A stretch of DNA of 64,000 bases from Candidatus Thalassarchaeum sp. (GCA_022451235.1 JAKUOA010000002.1:2155-66154), one strand, 5' to 3'. Counted from the stretch's first letter, positions 9,326 through 19,158 are shown. Numbers and translations: made by a program. Notes: generated by a model from the letters alone, not told the origin.

Positions 9326-10738
9326 TCAGTGTAAGGTCTCCAGTTGGGGTTGAATTACAGTATTATGAGCGTGCCTACAAACTAGTAAAATCATCACACC
9401 GGCAGTAGCCCAGTAAATTAGCTCTGAAGAGGTCAAAAATACCATCGATGCGATGCCAAGTATGATCATCTCTACAAGCATCTTCAGTGTAAGGTACCGG
9501 TCTTTGGACCAATTCCTACCGCTTGCTTGACCAAATAGCCAAGCTGTATAGATTCCTGTTAATGTCGCTAGAGGCGTACCAGCAATTGCTAGATAATTGA
9601 GATAAGTTCTGTCTAGGTCAAAGAAAAGGACCGCTCCGCTACAAGCCAATACCACTCCAAAAGCGCTCAAGATATAGGCCCCTTTTACTAGCCAAGAATC
9701 CCAATTCGGCCTAAGTAATACGTATAGGAATCTCTCTGGTCTATCAAGGTCCTTAACCAATAGGAAACCGGTTATTCCTAGGAAAATCGTACATCCAATT
9801 GTCAGTTGCCACCACAGTTCATCAGTCATTTCGATAACACCAGCAAACATTGCTAACATAGCAACCAAATATGCCCCTGAAGCAATTGCCTTGGTAACGA
9901 TGTAGGCAGAAACCTCCCATCCCCAAAGTACGCCTTTAGAAGGTTGGTCGTAGCTTCTCTTCGGTTGCTGAGCCTGTTCATCTAGGCGTTCCATAACATC
10001 TCGAATAATCGCTCGATCTCGTGGATTTGCGGCTCGAGCCTTCTTCTCAAGTGCCAGTTGAACAATCATTGAATTGGTATCTGAGGCACCCAATCTAGAG
10101 TCGGCATACTTTGCGAAATGACCAACTCCTGCTGCTTGATCTGTCCAAAGATATTCGCCGGAGCGTTCAGTGGCATGAGGGTCAAGAATATCCTCACTGG
10201 TTTCGACATAGAATACGTTGGGTTTAGCTCCAGATTCTGGTTTTCGAACAGTTACCTCGTGTTCGCTAACGTAATTGGAAATTGATGAATTAGGATCATC
10301 TAAATCTCCCGAGATTATTGCTTCAACTGGACAAACCACCACACAGGATGGTTCGTAGGAATTTTCTATTTTGTGGGCGCAATAATTGCACTTAGCCGCT
10401 GTGCCCTTATTTGGATCGATGTATAACGCATCGTAGGGGCAAGCCTGCATACAGGATTTACAACCTATACAGCGATCATCATCAAAATCCACAATCCCAT
10501 CTTCACGAGTGAATAGGGCAGTAGTAGGGCAAATTGTTGTGCACGGTGAGTCTTCACAATGATTACAACGATGAACGCTAAATTCTCGGGTTACATCCGG
10601 ATAGATCCCTTTCTCAATATACTTCACATGAGTGCGGTTAACTCCTATTGGCACATCGTGTTCAGACTTACAAGCGACGGTGCAAGCATGGCATCCAATG
10701 CACTTACGATTGTCAATAACGAAGCCGAAATTAACCAT
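9326..10738 (-). CDS. 4Fe-4S ferredoxin-type subunit fused to a polytopic membrane anchor
   Basis: Four Cys groups (CIGCHACTVACK, CNHCEDSPCTTICP, CIGCKSCMQACP, CNYCAHK..CVVVCP) in the first ~170 aa. A ~100-aa linker follows, then about six hydrophobic helices. The ATG at 10738 (MVNFGFVIDNRKC) is preferred over the TTG at 10765. 1-nt spacer to the catalytic-subunit gene. Confidence 0.85.
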   Translation of the reverse strand: MVNFGFVIDNRKCIGCHACTVACKSEHDVPIGVNRTHVKYIEKGIYPDVTREFSVHRCNHCEDSPCTTICPTTALFTREDGIVDFDDDRCIGCKSCMQACPYDALYIDPNKGTAAKCNYCAHKIENSYEPSCVVVCPVEAIISGDLDDPNSSISNYVSEHEVTVRKPESGAKPNVFYVETSEDILDPHATERSGEYLWTDQAAGVGHFAKYADSRLGASDTNSMIVQLALEKKARAANPRDRAIIRDVMERLDEQAQQPKRSYDQPSKGVLWGWEVSAYIVTKAIASGAYLVAMLAMFAGVIEMTDELWWQLTIGCTIFLGITGFLLVKDLDRPERFLYVLLRPNWDSWLVKGAYILSAFGVVLACSGAVLFFDLDRTYLNYLAIAGTPLATLTGIYTAWLFGQASGRNWSKDRYLTLKMLVEMIILGIASMVFLTSSELIYWATAGVMILLVCRHAHNTVIQPQLETLH

Positions 10739-10784
10739 GTAATCACTTCTTTGGGCTACGCCCAATACTTCGTTGGTTTACCGT

Positions 10785-11945
10785 TCACCCAATAATAATG
10801 CCCACGATTGCACCACCGGCAAGCCACGCACCGAGGGCCGAGCCTAAGTTTCCGAGTGCAGTAACAAGTAACACTTTACCCACACGATTTCGATAGAAAA
10901 CGCTGTAATCTTGTAGTGCTAGAAATTCGGTCGCATCTCCACCAGTTGGAGCGGCTATTTTCAGTTGTGTGTATCCTGCAAACCAGCCCGCAGCTAAAGT
11001 AGGATTCAAACTCGTAATTGGACTCGCCAATGCTCCAACTATTATCGACAGAGGATGGCCTCTGGCTAATGCAACTCCTAACCCGGCAAGTATTGCATTT
11101 GCAGCGGTCCAATACCAAATTGTATCTTTCAATGCTTCAGTATCTCCATTCCAAAACAGGTAACCAACAACCGATGTTAGGAATATTGGAATTGCCCATG
11201 TCACCACCTTTGGCCAAATCGGTTTGGGTGGTTCAGAAGACAATTCACTTATTCTTGATGTGGTTTCAAGAGCCGGTTTCTCAAGGTGCTCGATTATTCC
11301 GTTTATGTGCCCTGCCCCTACAACAGCGAGGACCTTTCCTTTACCTCTTATCTGTTGTATTCGACCGGCTAAGTAGGCATCTCTCTCGTCGATAAGAACC
11401 TCTCCTGCACGAGGCGCTGCCTCCCTGGCATCTTCCATTAGAGTAGTCAATAAATCAGAATCTTCAAGCAATTCATCGAGGTCAATTTCTTCATCATCAT
11501 CTTCCCACAGCAGCGCATTCAATACACGCCATTTCTCTCTAAGGCCCATTTTTCTCCAAGCCCTTCGTAAAGTGATTACGACATCTCTGTCGATAAGTGC
11601 GTGCTCTACTCCTTTTTCATCAGCTACCTCGATAGCCGCGAGTAATTCAGCACCGGGTTTTTCTCCGGTTTCCATCCCCATACGCCTCTGTTGAGCCGCC
11701 AGAGCGGATTGTAGTAAGATCATTGCAGACTTTCCTTCATTAATTATTTTCAAAAGGTCGTCATTATCCAAATCATCTGGCTGTTGCAAAGATCTCAATC
11801 TAGACTCACATAGTTCAACAGCAACCAAATCAGGTTTCCATTCCTCTATTTCTTCTCGAACTAGAGCCACTGATGCAGTGCTAACATGAGCGGTTCCGAT
11901 TATTCGTAACTTCTCATCGATGTCAACTATATTCTGCCCCATCAC
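10785..11945 (-). CDS. TraB/PrgY family protein with C-terminal membrane domain
   Basis: 386 aa. IGTAHVSTASVALVREEIEEWKPDLVAVELCESR and VVGAGHINGI are TraB-family hallmarks. Hydrophobic C-terminus. Confidence 0.75.
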   Translation of the reverse strand: MMGQNIVDIDEKLRIIGTAHVSTASVALVREEIEEWKPDLVAVELCESRLRSLQQPDDLDNDDLLKIINEGKSAMILLQSALAAQQRRMGMETGEKPGAELLAAIEVADEKGVEHALIDRDVVITLRRAWRKMGLREKWRVLNALLWEDDDEEIDLDELLEDSDLLTTLMEDAREAAPRAGEVLIDERDAYLAGRIQQIRGKGKVLAVVGAGHINGIIEHLEKPALETTSRISELSSEPPKPIWPKVVTWAIPIFLTSVVGYLFWNGDTEALKDTIWYWTAANAILAGLGVALARGHPLSIIVGALASPITSLNPTLAAGWFAGYTQLKIAAPTGGDATEFLALQDYSVFYRNRVGKVLLVTALGNLGSALGAWLAGGAIVGIIIG

Positions 11946-11951
11946 AACACC

Positions 11952-12785
11952 TCAGTTAATCGCTCGCATCGCCTCATACAAATCTGCATGCTCACGCACA
12001 TCGTGAACCCTGATGATATCGACTCCCTTTGATGGAGCCATAGAGGCGATTCCTAGACTTCCAGACAATCTATCTTTGGAATCCGTCCGACCGAGTAAAT
12101 CTGTAAACATGCGTTTTCTACTTACCCCCCACATCAGTGGCATTTCTTTATTTGGGGCTATTTCCCTTCCCGCAGCTAATAGTGATAAGTTGTGCTCAAG
12201 CAATTTCCCAAAACCTATTCCTGGATCTGTGATAATCATCTCTGGATCTAATCCTAAATCAAGTAGCTTTCTTGCAGTTATGTCGAGTCTTTGCCTAACT
12301 TCTATCACTACATTAGAGTAAGTTGGATTATTCTGCATATTTTCGGGTAATCCTTGCATATGCATTATACAAACAGGGCATTTATTTTCTATAATTATAT
12401 CAGCCATATCTGGGTCTGATAAGGAACTTACATCATTCACCATATCTGCTCCCAAATCAAGAGCGGCCTTTGCTACCGAAGCGCGTCGAGTATCTATCGA
12501 TATTCCGACATCAGGGTGAGCATTTCTAACGGCCTCGATTATGGGTAAAACACGGTTCATTTCTTCATCAATATCTACTTCTTCTGCCCCAGGTCTTGTA
12601 GACTCACCGCCAATATCTAACCAATCTGCACCGTCTTCTATCATTTGCTTGGCGCGGACTAGAGCGTCTTCAATAGAATCAACTCGAGAATCGGCATGAA
12701 ATGAGTCGGGAGTAATGTTTAGAATCCCCATAATTCTTGGAAAACCGTCGCTTCGGCGATTTAGAATAGGTCTCCAGTCGGCCAT
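11952..12785 (-). CDS. folP: dihydropteroate synthase
   Basis: Pterin-binding domain motifs: GILNITPDSFHADSRV, DIGGESTRPGAEEV, VNDVSS, DPGIGFGK. The ATG at 12785 (MADWRPIL..) gives a normal ~278-aa protein. The 404-aa ORF extension upstream shows no similarity to DHPS. Confidence 0.85.
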   Translation of the reverse strand: MADWRPILNRRSDGFPRIMGILNITPDSFHADSRVDSIEDALVRAKQMIEDGADWLDIGGESTRPGAEEVDIDEEMNRVLPIIEAVRNAHPDVGISIDTRRASVAKAALDLGADMVNDVSSLSDPDMADIIIENKCPVCIMHMQGLPENMQNNPTYSNVVIEVRQRLDITARKLLDLGLDPEMIITDPGIGFGKLLEHNLSLLAAGREIAPNKEMPLMWGVSRKRMFTDLLGRTDSKDRLSGSLGIASMAPSKGVDIIRVHDVREHADLYEAMRAIN

Positions 12786-12945
12786 TTCAGACCTTCCATC
12801 AGACGTACCCTTTATGATGTGACGGAGCGGCAATCCGTCGATGGTTTTGGGCGAGGAGTCTTCTGACAGGGTAGAAAATACCTCACAACAAGGTATTGCT
12901 GCCGCTGCCAAGGAAGAACTTCCTACCAATGATGCACTAGAATTA

Positions 12946-13509
12946 ATGGAATCAATCTTACAGCGTTTACAACCAAAAGACAGACATGAAATCCGAGATA
13001 TGATTACTAATCGTGGATGGCTATCTGGAGTATTATTGATGATGTCAGGATTATTCTGGTGGATTGCTGTACAAAATGGCTCAGACGCCCTAAATAACAC
13101 AGACATCCCAAATTCACAATTGGGTGAGTTTGACTTTTCCATGTTAGCAAAAATTGTACCTGTCATAGTCTTCTTTGCTACAGTGGTTTGGAGTATTGGA
13201 AGAGAAAGAGGGCACGCATCAATGTCGAATATAGGCGGATTACTAGTCGTATTAGCCGTATACTATATCTTGGAGCCATTTGGATTTGCTTTACTTACAG
13301 ATCAAGTGGATATTCAGACTGCTATGTTTGGCAGTCTACGCCTTCTTGCCTTGGCAGTAATGATTCATTACTCCTCAAAGTTATTCATTGATGCTTGGTT
13401 GCTTCAATGGGTTAGGCTACAAATGATCAATATGCCAGTTGACTTAATCCCTGATTTCAATGAGTCATCCGATATGAGTCAGGCTGATGAAGTCGGTCCT
13501 TCCGCGTAG
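12946..13509 (+). CDS. hypothetical membrane protein
   Basis: An internal ATG at 12946 would give ~187 aa with four or more hydrophobic helices, divergent from folP. The upstream part of the listed ORF overlaps the folP ORF extension, so the real start is uncertain. Confidence 0.4.
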   Translation: MESILQRLQPKDRHEIRDMITNRGWLSGVLLMMSGLFWWIAVQNGSDALNNTDIPNSQLGEFDFSMLAKIVPVIVFFATVVWSIGRERGHASMSNIGGLLVVLAVYYILEPFGFALLTDQVDIQTAMFGSLRLLALAVMIHYSSKLFIDAWLLQWVRLQMINMPVDLIPDFNESSDMSQADEVGPSA

Positions 13510-13513
13510 TTAC

Positions 13514-14077
13514 ATGGCTGCCTCAAACCGAAGGGTCTCGGTACTAAGATTAGGGCATCGCAGAGAGCGTGACAAGCGCATTACTAGCCATCTTGGTTTG
13601 ACCGCTAGAGCCTTTGGCGCAGATGAGGTTATTCTAGCTGGGGAAGAAGACGAATCTGCTCTAGAAACTTGGAGGTCAGTAAGTGAGAGATTTGGAGGGG
13701 AGTTTGAATGTCGATACGAAACTAATCCGTTATCATTCCTCCGTAGATTCGCCAAGGATGCTGGAGACGGCAAACCGGGTGAAATAGTCCATCTCACTAT
13801 GTATGGGGAATCTTGGAGGGAATCGCTAGGAGTAATTGAAAGAAATCGTCCAATGGTTATTGTAGTCGGTGGTACCAAAGTTCCAGGTGAAGTTTTCAGA
13901 TTAGCAAAATATAACATTTCCATTGGCAATCAACCTCACTCAGAAGTTGCTGCATTAGGTGTATTTCTTGAGTCATTAATTGGTCAAATAGATGAATCTA
14001 AACACTTCCAAGGCGCGGAAATACAGGTAATACCTAGTCTTGACAGAAAGAAGGTAATGAGTCTAGAAGAAGAGTGA
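13514..14077 (+). CDS. tRNA (cytidine56-2'-O)-methyltransferase aTrm56
   Basis: VLRLGHRRERDKRITSHLGLTARAFGADEVIL closely matches the archaeal Trm56 (SPOUT) N-terminus. The ATG at 13514 removes the overlap with the previous ORF. Confidence 0.8.
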   Translation: MAASNRRVSVLRLGHRRERDKRITSHLGLTARAFGADEVILAGEEDESALETWRSVSERFGGEFECRYETNPLSFLRRFAKDAGDGKPGEIVHLTMYGESWRESLGVIERNRPMVIVVGGTKVPGEVFRLAKYNISIGNQPHSEVAALGVFLESLIGQIDESKHFQGAEIQVIPSLDRKKVMSLEEE

Positions 14078-15447
14078 AATCTCTCTCAATGATTAATAGG
14101 CTCTTTCAGGCAGCAATGCTGATGTCGGAGAACCCTCCCGGCAGAGGATTCGTTCCGGGTGCTGATGTTTCCGGAGTCAACGACCCTCCAAGTTTTCCCG
14201 ATGCAGCCGATGCTTTACTAGATTCTAGTACCCCTGACCCGCCTTCTGGAGCGGATGGATTACTGCTACTCGCTGATGGAACGCGATATCGAGGACGACT
14301 ATTCGGAGCCCCAGTAATCGCCGAAGGAGAACTCGTCTTTACTACAGGCATGACCGGTTACCAAGAGAGCTTAACCGATCCGTCTTTCGCAGGGCAGGTT
14401 CTAACATTTACATGGCCTCTGCTTGGAAATTATGGAGTACACTCAGGAACCTCAGAATCTGCTGGCGTCTGGCCTAGAGGAGTAGTTTGTAGACAATTGA
14501 TGGAAGTACCTGACCATAGAGATTCAATAGGTAGTGTACATGATCTTCTTTTTGCTCATGGAGTGCCTGGTATTCAGGAGATAGACACAAGAGAACTGAC
14601 TCGTCGAGTTAGAGAGCACGGAACCGTTCTGTGTATTTTTGGTCCGGCTGAGGCTGAGAGAGAAATGCTAGTCCGTCTTGACGAGATGACTCCTCCTGAC
14701 GCAGAAGATTTAGTGGCTGAGGTCACATGTGATGAAGCGGTAATAATTAATCCGGGTGCAGTAGATAATGAAGGCAAACCGCTTCCTAGGTTGGCGGCTA
14801 TAGATTGTGGAGTCAAGCATAATATTTTGCGAGAATTAGCCCAACGCTTTGAGGTTGTTTGGTGTCCAGCGACCACAACCTTTGATGAGATTCTGAAATG
14901 GGAACCGGACTCCTTCTTTGCTTCGAATGGCCCGGGTGATCCGGCTCATTCAGGAGCAGCTACAACCGCTAGAGATAGTTTAGCCGCCGCTGTTAGAGCC
15001 GGTTTACCTGTGATGGGAATCTGCTTGGGTCATCAGTTAATGGGGCTTGCAGCGGGTCTACGCACATACAAACTGCGATATGGTCACAGAGGGGCTAACC
15101 AACCGGTTGTCGACCTCGAAACAGGCCGAGTTTACATCACTAGCCAAAACCATGGCTTTGCTGTGGAAGATCCGGATAAAGGGATGCTTGCACCTCATCC
15201 ATCCGGTGCCTGTTCAGTGCGTGGGAGCAACGAACTTGAGGCCCCCTTCAAGGTAAGATACGTCAATGCTAACGACAGAACCGTGGAGGGGCTAGATTTG
15301 ATTGGCAAGAGAGCCTTCACAATCCAATATCATCCCGAAGCATGCCCTGGTCCACATGATGCATCTCCACTATTCGATAGATTCGCCAGCATGGTGGATG
15401 ACCATTTGGCAGGAATTCCAATCCCTAACTCTAGGGGGGATAATTGA
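14074..15447 (+). CDS. carA: carbamoyl-phosphate synthase small (glutaminase) subunit, with N-terminal Pro/Asp-rich extension
   Basis: Catalytic GICLGHQL and IQYHPEACPGPHD. The conserved core begins around LLLADGTRYRGRLFG. The start is uncertain (GTG 14074, ATG 14089 or 14122). Confidence 0.9.
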   Translation: MKSLSMINRLFQAAMLMSENPPGRGFVPGADVSGVNDPPSFPDAADALLDSSTPDPPSGADGLLLLADGTRYRGRLFGAPVIAEGELVFTTGMTGYQESLTDPSFAGQVLTFTWPLLGNYGVHSGTSESAGVWPRGVVCRQLMEVPDHRDSIGSVHDLLFAHGVPGIQEIDTRELTRRVREHGTVLCIFGPAEAEREMLVRLDEMTPPDAEDLVAEVTCDEAVIINPGAVDNEGKPLPRLAAIDCGVKHNILRELAQRFEVVWCPATTTFDEILKWEPDSFFASNGPGDPAHSGAATTARDSLAAAVRAGLPVMGICLGHQLMGLAAGLRTYKLRYGHRGANQPVVDLETGRVYITSQNHGFAVEDPDKGMLAPHPSGACSVRGSNELEAPFKVRYVNANDRTVEGLDLIGKRAFTIQYHPEACPGPHDASPLFDRFASMVDDHLAGIPIPNSRGDN

Positions 15448-18400
15448 TGCCCCGCAGAGACGATTTGAAACGAATTGTAATTTTAGGTAGTGGGCCAATA
15501 CGTATCGGTCAAGCTGCTGAATTCGATTTTTCTGGAAGTCAAGCGTGTCGAGCTTTGCGAGCAGATGGTTACGAAGTTATTCTGATTAATTCCAATCCGG
15601 CAACAATTCAAAATGATCCAGAAATGGCAGACAGGATTTACATCGAACCTTTGTTACCGGAGGTCGTAAAGAGAATTTTAGAAATCGAAAAACCAGATGC
15701 TCTACTCGCCGGAATGGGAGGACAAACAGCCCTCAATATTGCATCCGCCCTTGCTCATGATGGTAGTTTAGATGAATTAGAAGTAGAATTAATCGGTTGT
15801 GACTTGGTATCCATTGACGAGGCAGAAGACAGAGATCTTTTCAAACAGGTTTGTGAGGAAATTGATCTTCCCGTTTGCAAAGCTATTGCTTGTGATTCGA
15901 TTGAAGCGGTTATGCAGGCCGCCGATACTCTCGGCGGCTTCCCCCTCCTAATTAGACCGGCTTTCACACTCGGTGGCCTTGGAGGAGGTACTGCTCACAA
16001 CATGGGAGAGTTGGTAGAGATAGCCAGCCAAGGGATACTACATTCTGCAATAGGGCAGGTACTAATCGAGGTAAGCATCCTCGGTTGGCAAGAACATGAA
16101 TACGAGGTAATGAGGGATGGAGCCGATAACGCAATCATTGTCTGTACAATGGAAAATATTGACCCAATGGGAGTACATACTGGAGAGTCAGTGGTCGTTG
16201 CGCCGCAACAGACACTATCAGATAGAGACCATCAGATGCTACGCGATGCCGCTCTTCGTCTGATTAGAAGATTGAATATCAAAGGAGGTTGTAATGTTCA
16301 ATTCGCAGTCGAACAATCGACTGGAGAATATAGGGTAATCGAGGTTAATCCGAGAGTTTCAAGATCGTCAGCACTAGCAAGTAAGGCAACAGGATACCCA
16401 ATCGCCAGAATGGCAGCGCTAATTGCTGTAGGTTACACGCTAGACGAATTACCTAACCCAATAACTGGAGAAGGTACTACTGCTGCATTCGAACCAACAC
16501 TGGACTATTGTGTTGTTAAAATTCCTCGATGGCCTTTCGATAAATTCAGAACAGCCGATCGAACTATTGGGACTTCGATGAAATCTACTGGCGAAGTAAT
16601 GGCAATAGGTCGTTGTTTTGAGGAGGCTTTCCTGAAGGCTTGGGCCAGCCTTGAGTATGGCCAACCCCATCCAAGGCCACTCACTATGGCCGATGCTTCA
16701 GGTGGGGAAACAATGGACGAAAGGGCAAGTGAACCATTACCCGAAGCTATGCTAATTGATTGGTTGAGAATTCCTAGTGATAGAAGAATGGGGGCTCTAT
16801 TTGAGGCATTCCGACGAGGATATTCCATAGAAGATGTGCGAGATGTTTCGGGAGGTATTACTAGATGGTTCCTTCATAGATTTGAGAAAATGGCTGCACT
16901 CGAAACTGAGATACGCGCAGCCGGAGAATTAGGAATGAGCGCATCAGAAATACCCATACTAGAGATGCGCAGATGGAAGGGTGCAGGATTTACCGATTTA
17001 CACATCGCTGATGCACTCGCTGGCTTCCCAGCAAGTGGCTTCAAATCGTTACCGGAAGGTTCTGATGAGGATGCAGTTATGGGGAGGAGGCACGAATTAG
17101 AGATACACCCCAGATTCCGAATGGTAGATTCCTGTGCGGCAGAATTTGCCGCAGTAACTCCATATTACTACGCTACCTATGAAGGAGGCTCGGCTCCAAC
17201 TGGAATTGATCACGTTCCAGGAATCGATGATTTCACCAAGCAACGCATTGTTGTAGTTGGTAGCGGGCCTATTCGGATTGGACAAGGAATAGAATTCGAT
17301 TACGGTTGTGTCCATGCTGTTGGGGCCATAAGAGAATTAGGACATGAAGCGATTATCATTAACAATAATCCCGAGACAGTGTCCACGGATTTTGATACCA
17401 GTGACCGATTATACTTTGATCCACTGACATTGGAACATTCGGCGGAGATTTTGCTACGTGAGAAGGCCCATGGGATCTTACTGCAATTTGGTGGCCAAAC
17501 TGCAATCAATCTCGCTCTGCCATTGGCAGGTAGGCTCCCTCATCTAGAAGGATTGGGCCTCAACTTAGCTATGCAAGGGACAACCCCAGATGCAGTTGAT
17601 GAAGCAAGTGACAGGGAACGCTTCGAAGCATTTGCCGAAAGAGTCGGCCTGAGAATGCCTAATGGAACTACTGCGAGTACTTCTGAAGGAGTTAGGGAAG
17701 CGGTTCAAGAGATTGGTTATCCCGTTCTAATTCGACCCTCCTACGTACTTGGGGGCCGAGGTATGGAGATATTATCCAATAATCGACAATTAGATGCATA
17801 TATGGAGGAAGCATTCCTTTCACCAGACCGTCCTCTATTGGTTGACGAATATCTTGGTAATGCTATAGAATTAGACGTTGATGCGGTTTGTGATGGTAGC
17901 GAGGTGCTAATTGGAGCGATAATGGAGCACCTTGAGGAGGCCGGAATACACTCAGGGGATTCAACTTGCTTTATTCCTCCACAAAATGTCTCAAAGAAAG
18001 TGTTAGCGCAAGTTGAAGATTGGACAAGAAAAATTGGTATTCAACTTGGAGTAAAGGGTTGTTTCAATATTCAATATGCCATTCGTGGAGAAACATTGTA
18101 TGTTCTGGAGGTAAATCCACGTGGGTCACGAACATTCCCGTTCGTAGCCAAGGCAACTGGTGTTCCACTGGCTCGTATTGCAGCCCGTCTAACGATGGGA
18201 GAGAAATTAGCCGACCTTGATTTCCCAGAACCTCAGAGTGAGGCTGTTTGTGTCAAAGCACCGGTATTCCCCTTCATCAAATTACGAGGTCTTGACCCCG
18301 CCCCAGGGCCAGAGATGAAGAGTACTGGAGAAGTAATGGGAAGCCATAAGCGCGCAGCTGCAGCTTACCTGAAAGCGCGCTTGGCAACAGAAATTCCGGT

Positions 18401-18815
18401 CCCAACCGAAGGTGGAGTCTACATCACCGTGAAGAACGCCGACAAACACGACGTTATCCCCTTGGCACAAGAATTGGAGGAGATGGGATTCACTATTTAC
18501 GCAACAAGAGGGACAGCACATGTTCTCAGGGATTCAGGTGGAATAAATGTCCAGACCTGCTATAGAATTACTGAGGGCCTTACTCCAGATGCTTTAGACC
18601 TGATGAGACAAGGTAAGATTCAATTGATTATCAATACACCTAGGAGCACAGGAGGTGCGGTATTGGATGGAAATATGATGCGCAGGCTAGCAGTCGAGCT
18701 CAATATTCCATTTGTAACAACGATGGCTGGAGCAAGTATGGAAGTACAGGCAATCGCTGAGGCCAAAGAGGGAATGCCCGAACCGAGGCTACTTGATATC
18801 GCGATTCTAAATTAA
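15444..18815 (+). CDS. carB: carbamoyl-phosphate synthase large subunit
   Basis: 1123 aa with two ATP-grasp halves (ILGSGPIRIGQAAEFDFSG / VVGSGPIRIGQGIEFDYG) and a C-terminal MGS-like domain. 4-nt overlap with carA. Confidence 0.95.
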   Translation: MMPRRDDLKRIVILGSGPIRIGQAAEFDFSGSQACRALRADGYEVILINSNPATIQNDPEMADRIYIEPLLPEVVKRILEIEKPDALLAGMGGQTALNIASALAHDGSLDELEVELIGCDLVSIDEAEDRDLFKQVCEEIDLPVCKAIACDSIEAVMQAADTLGGFPLLIRPAFTLGGLGGGTAHNMGELVEIASQGILHSAIGQVLIEVSILGWQEHEYEVMRDGADNAIIVCTMENIDPMGVHTGESVVVAPQQTLSDRDHQMLRDAALRLIRRLNIKGGCNVQFAVEQSTGEYRVIEVNPRVSRSSALASKATGYPIARMAALIAVGYTLDELPNPITGEGTTAAFEPTLDYCVVKIPRWPFDKFRTADRTIGTSMKSTGEVMAIGRCFEEAFLKAWASLEYGQPHPRPLTMADASGGETMDERASEPLPEAMLIDWLRIPSDRRMGALFEAFRRGYSIEDVRDVSGGITRWFLHRFEKMAALETEIRAAGELGMSASEIPILEMRRWKGAGFTDLHIADALAGFPASGFKSLPEGSDEDAVMGRRHELEIHPRFRMVDSCAAEFAAVTPYYYATYEGGSAPTGIDHVPGIDDFTKQRIVVVGSGPIRIGQGIEFDYGCVHAVGAIRELGHEAIIINNNPETVSTDFDTSDRLYFDPLTLEHSAEILLREKAHGILLQFGGQTAINLALPLAGRLPHLEGLGLNLAMQGTTPDAVDEASDRERFEAFAERVGLRMPNGTTASTSEGVREAVQEIGYPVLIRPSYVLGGRGMEILSNNRQLDAYMEEAFLSPDRPLLVDEYLGNAIELDVDAVCDGSEVLIGAIMEHLEEAGIHSGDSTCFIPPQNVSKKVLAQVEDWTRKIGIQLGVKGCFNIQYAIRGETLYVLEVNPRGSRTFPFVAKATGVPLARIAARLTMGEKLADLDFPEPQSEAVCVKAPVFPFIKLRGLDPAPGPEMKSTGEVMGSHKRAAAAYLKARLATEIPVPTEGGVYITVKNADKHDVIPLAQELEEMGFTIYATRGTAHVLRDSGGINVQTCYRITEGLTPDALDLMRQGKIQLIINTPRSTGGAVLDGNMMRRLAVELNIPFVTTMAGASMEVQAIAEAKEGMPEPRLLDIAILN

Positions 18816-18827
18816 GGATGTGGAGAA

Positions 18828-19157
18828 ATGGAGGCTATTTCGAATTACGGACTCAAGGGAATACTTGGATTCCTTTTTGGAGCCACAGTAGCATTCTTAG
18901 TTAGTATATCACTGAAAGCGATGAAAATAATCGCTTTAGCACAATTCTCATTTTTGGGGTTCCTGGCGGCTTCTGGTATAATTACAATCAACCTCGGACG
19001 TCTTTTGGAAATTGCTAATGATATCTTAAGCTGGATAGCTGATTCACTAGAATCGGTATTTTCTTCAATTTTGGAACTAGGTTCCTTCGGTGCCGGTTTC
19101 GCTGGAGGCTTTATTGGTACTACATTACTTCTTGAAACATTGAATGAGGATTCTTGA
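18828..19157 (+). CDS. small membrane protein (possibly FUN14-like)
   Basis: 109 aa with Gly-rich hydrophobic helices (GILGFLFGATVAFLV, FLGFLAASGIITI). The family call is weak. Confidence 0.4.
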   Translation: MEAISNYGLKGILGFLFGATVAFLVSISLKAMKIIALAQFSFLGFLAASGIITINLGRLLEIANDILSWIADSLESVFSSILELGSFGAGFAGGFIGTTLLLETLNEDS

Positions 19158-19158
19158 C

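Noticed and set aside
11952-13166. The full 404-aa ORF considered as a DHPS with a novel N-terminal domain.
   Set aside because: The extra 127 residues are low complexity (SSASLVGSSSLAAAA..) and completely overlapped by a plus-strand ORF. An ATG sits exactly where DHPS homology begins.
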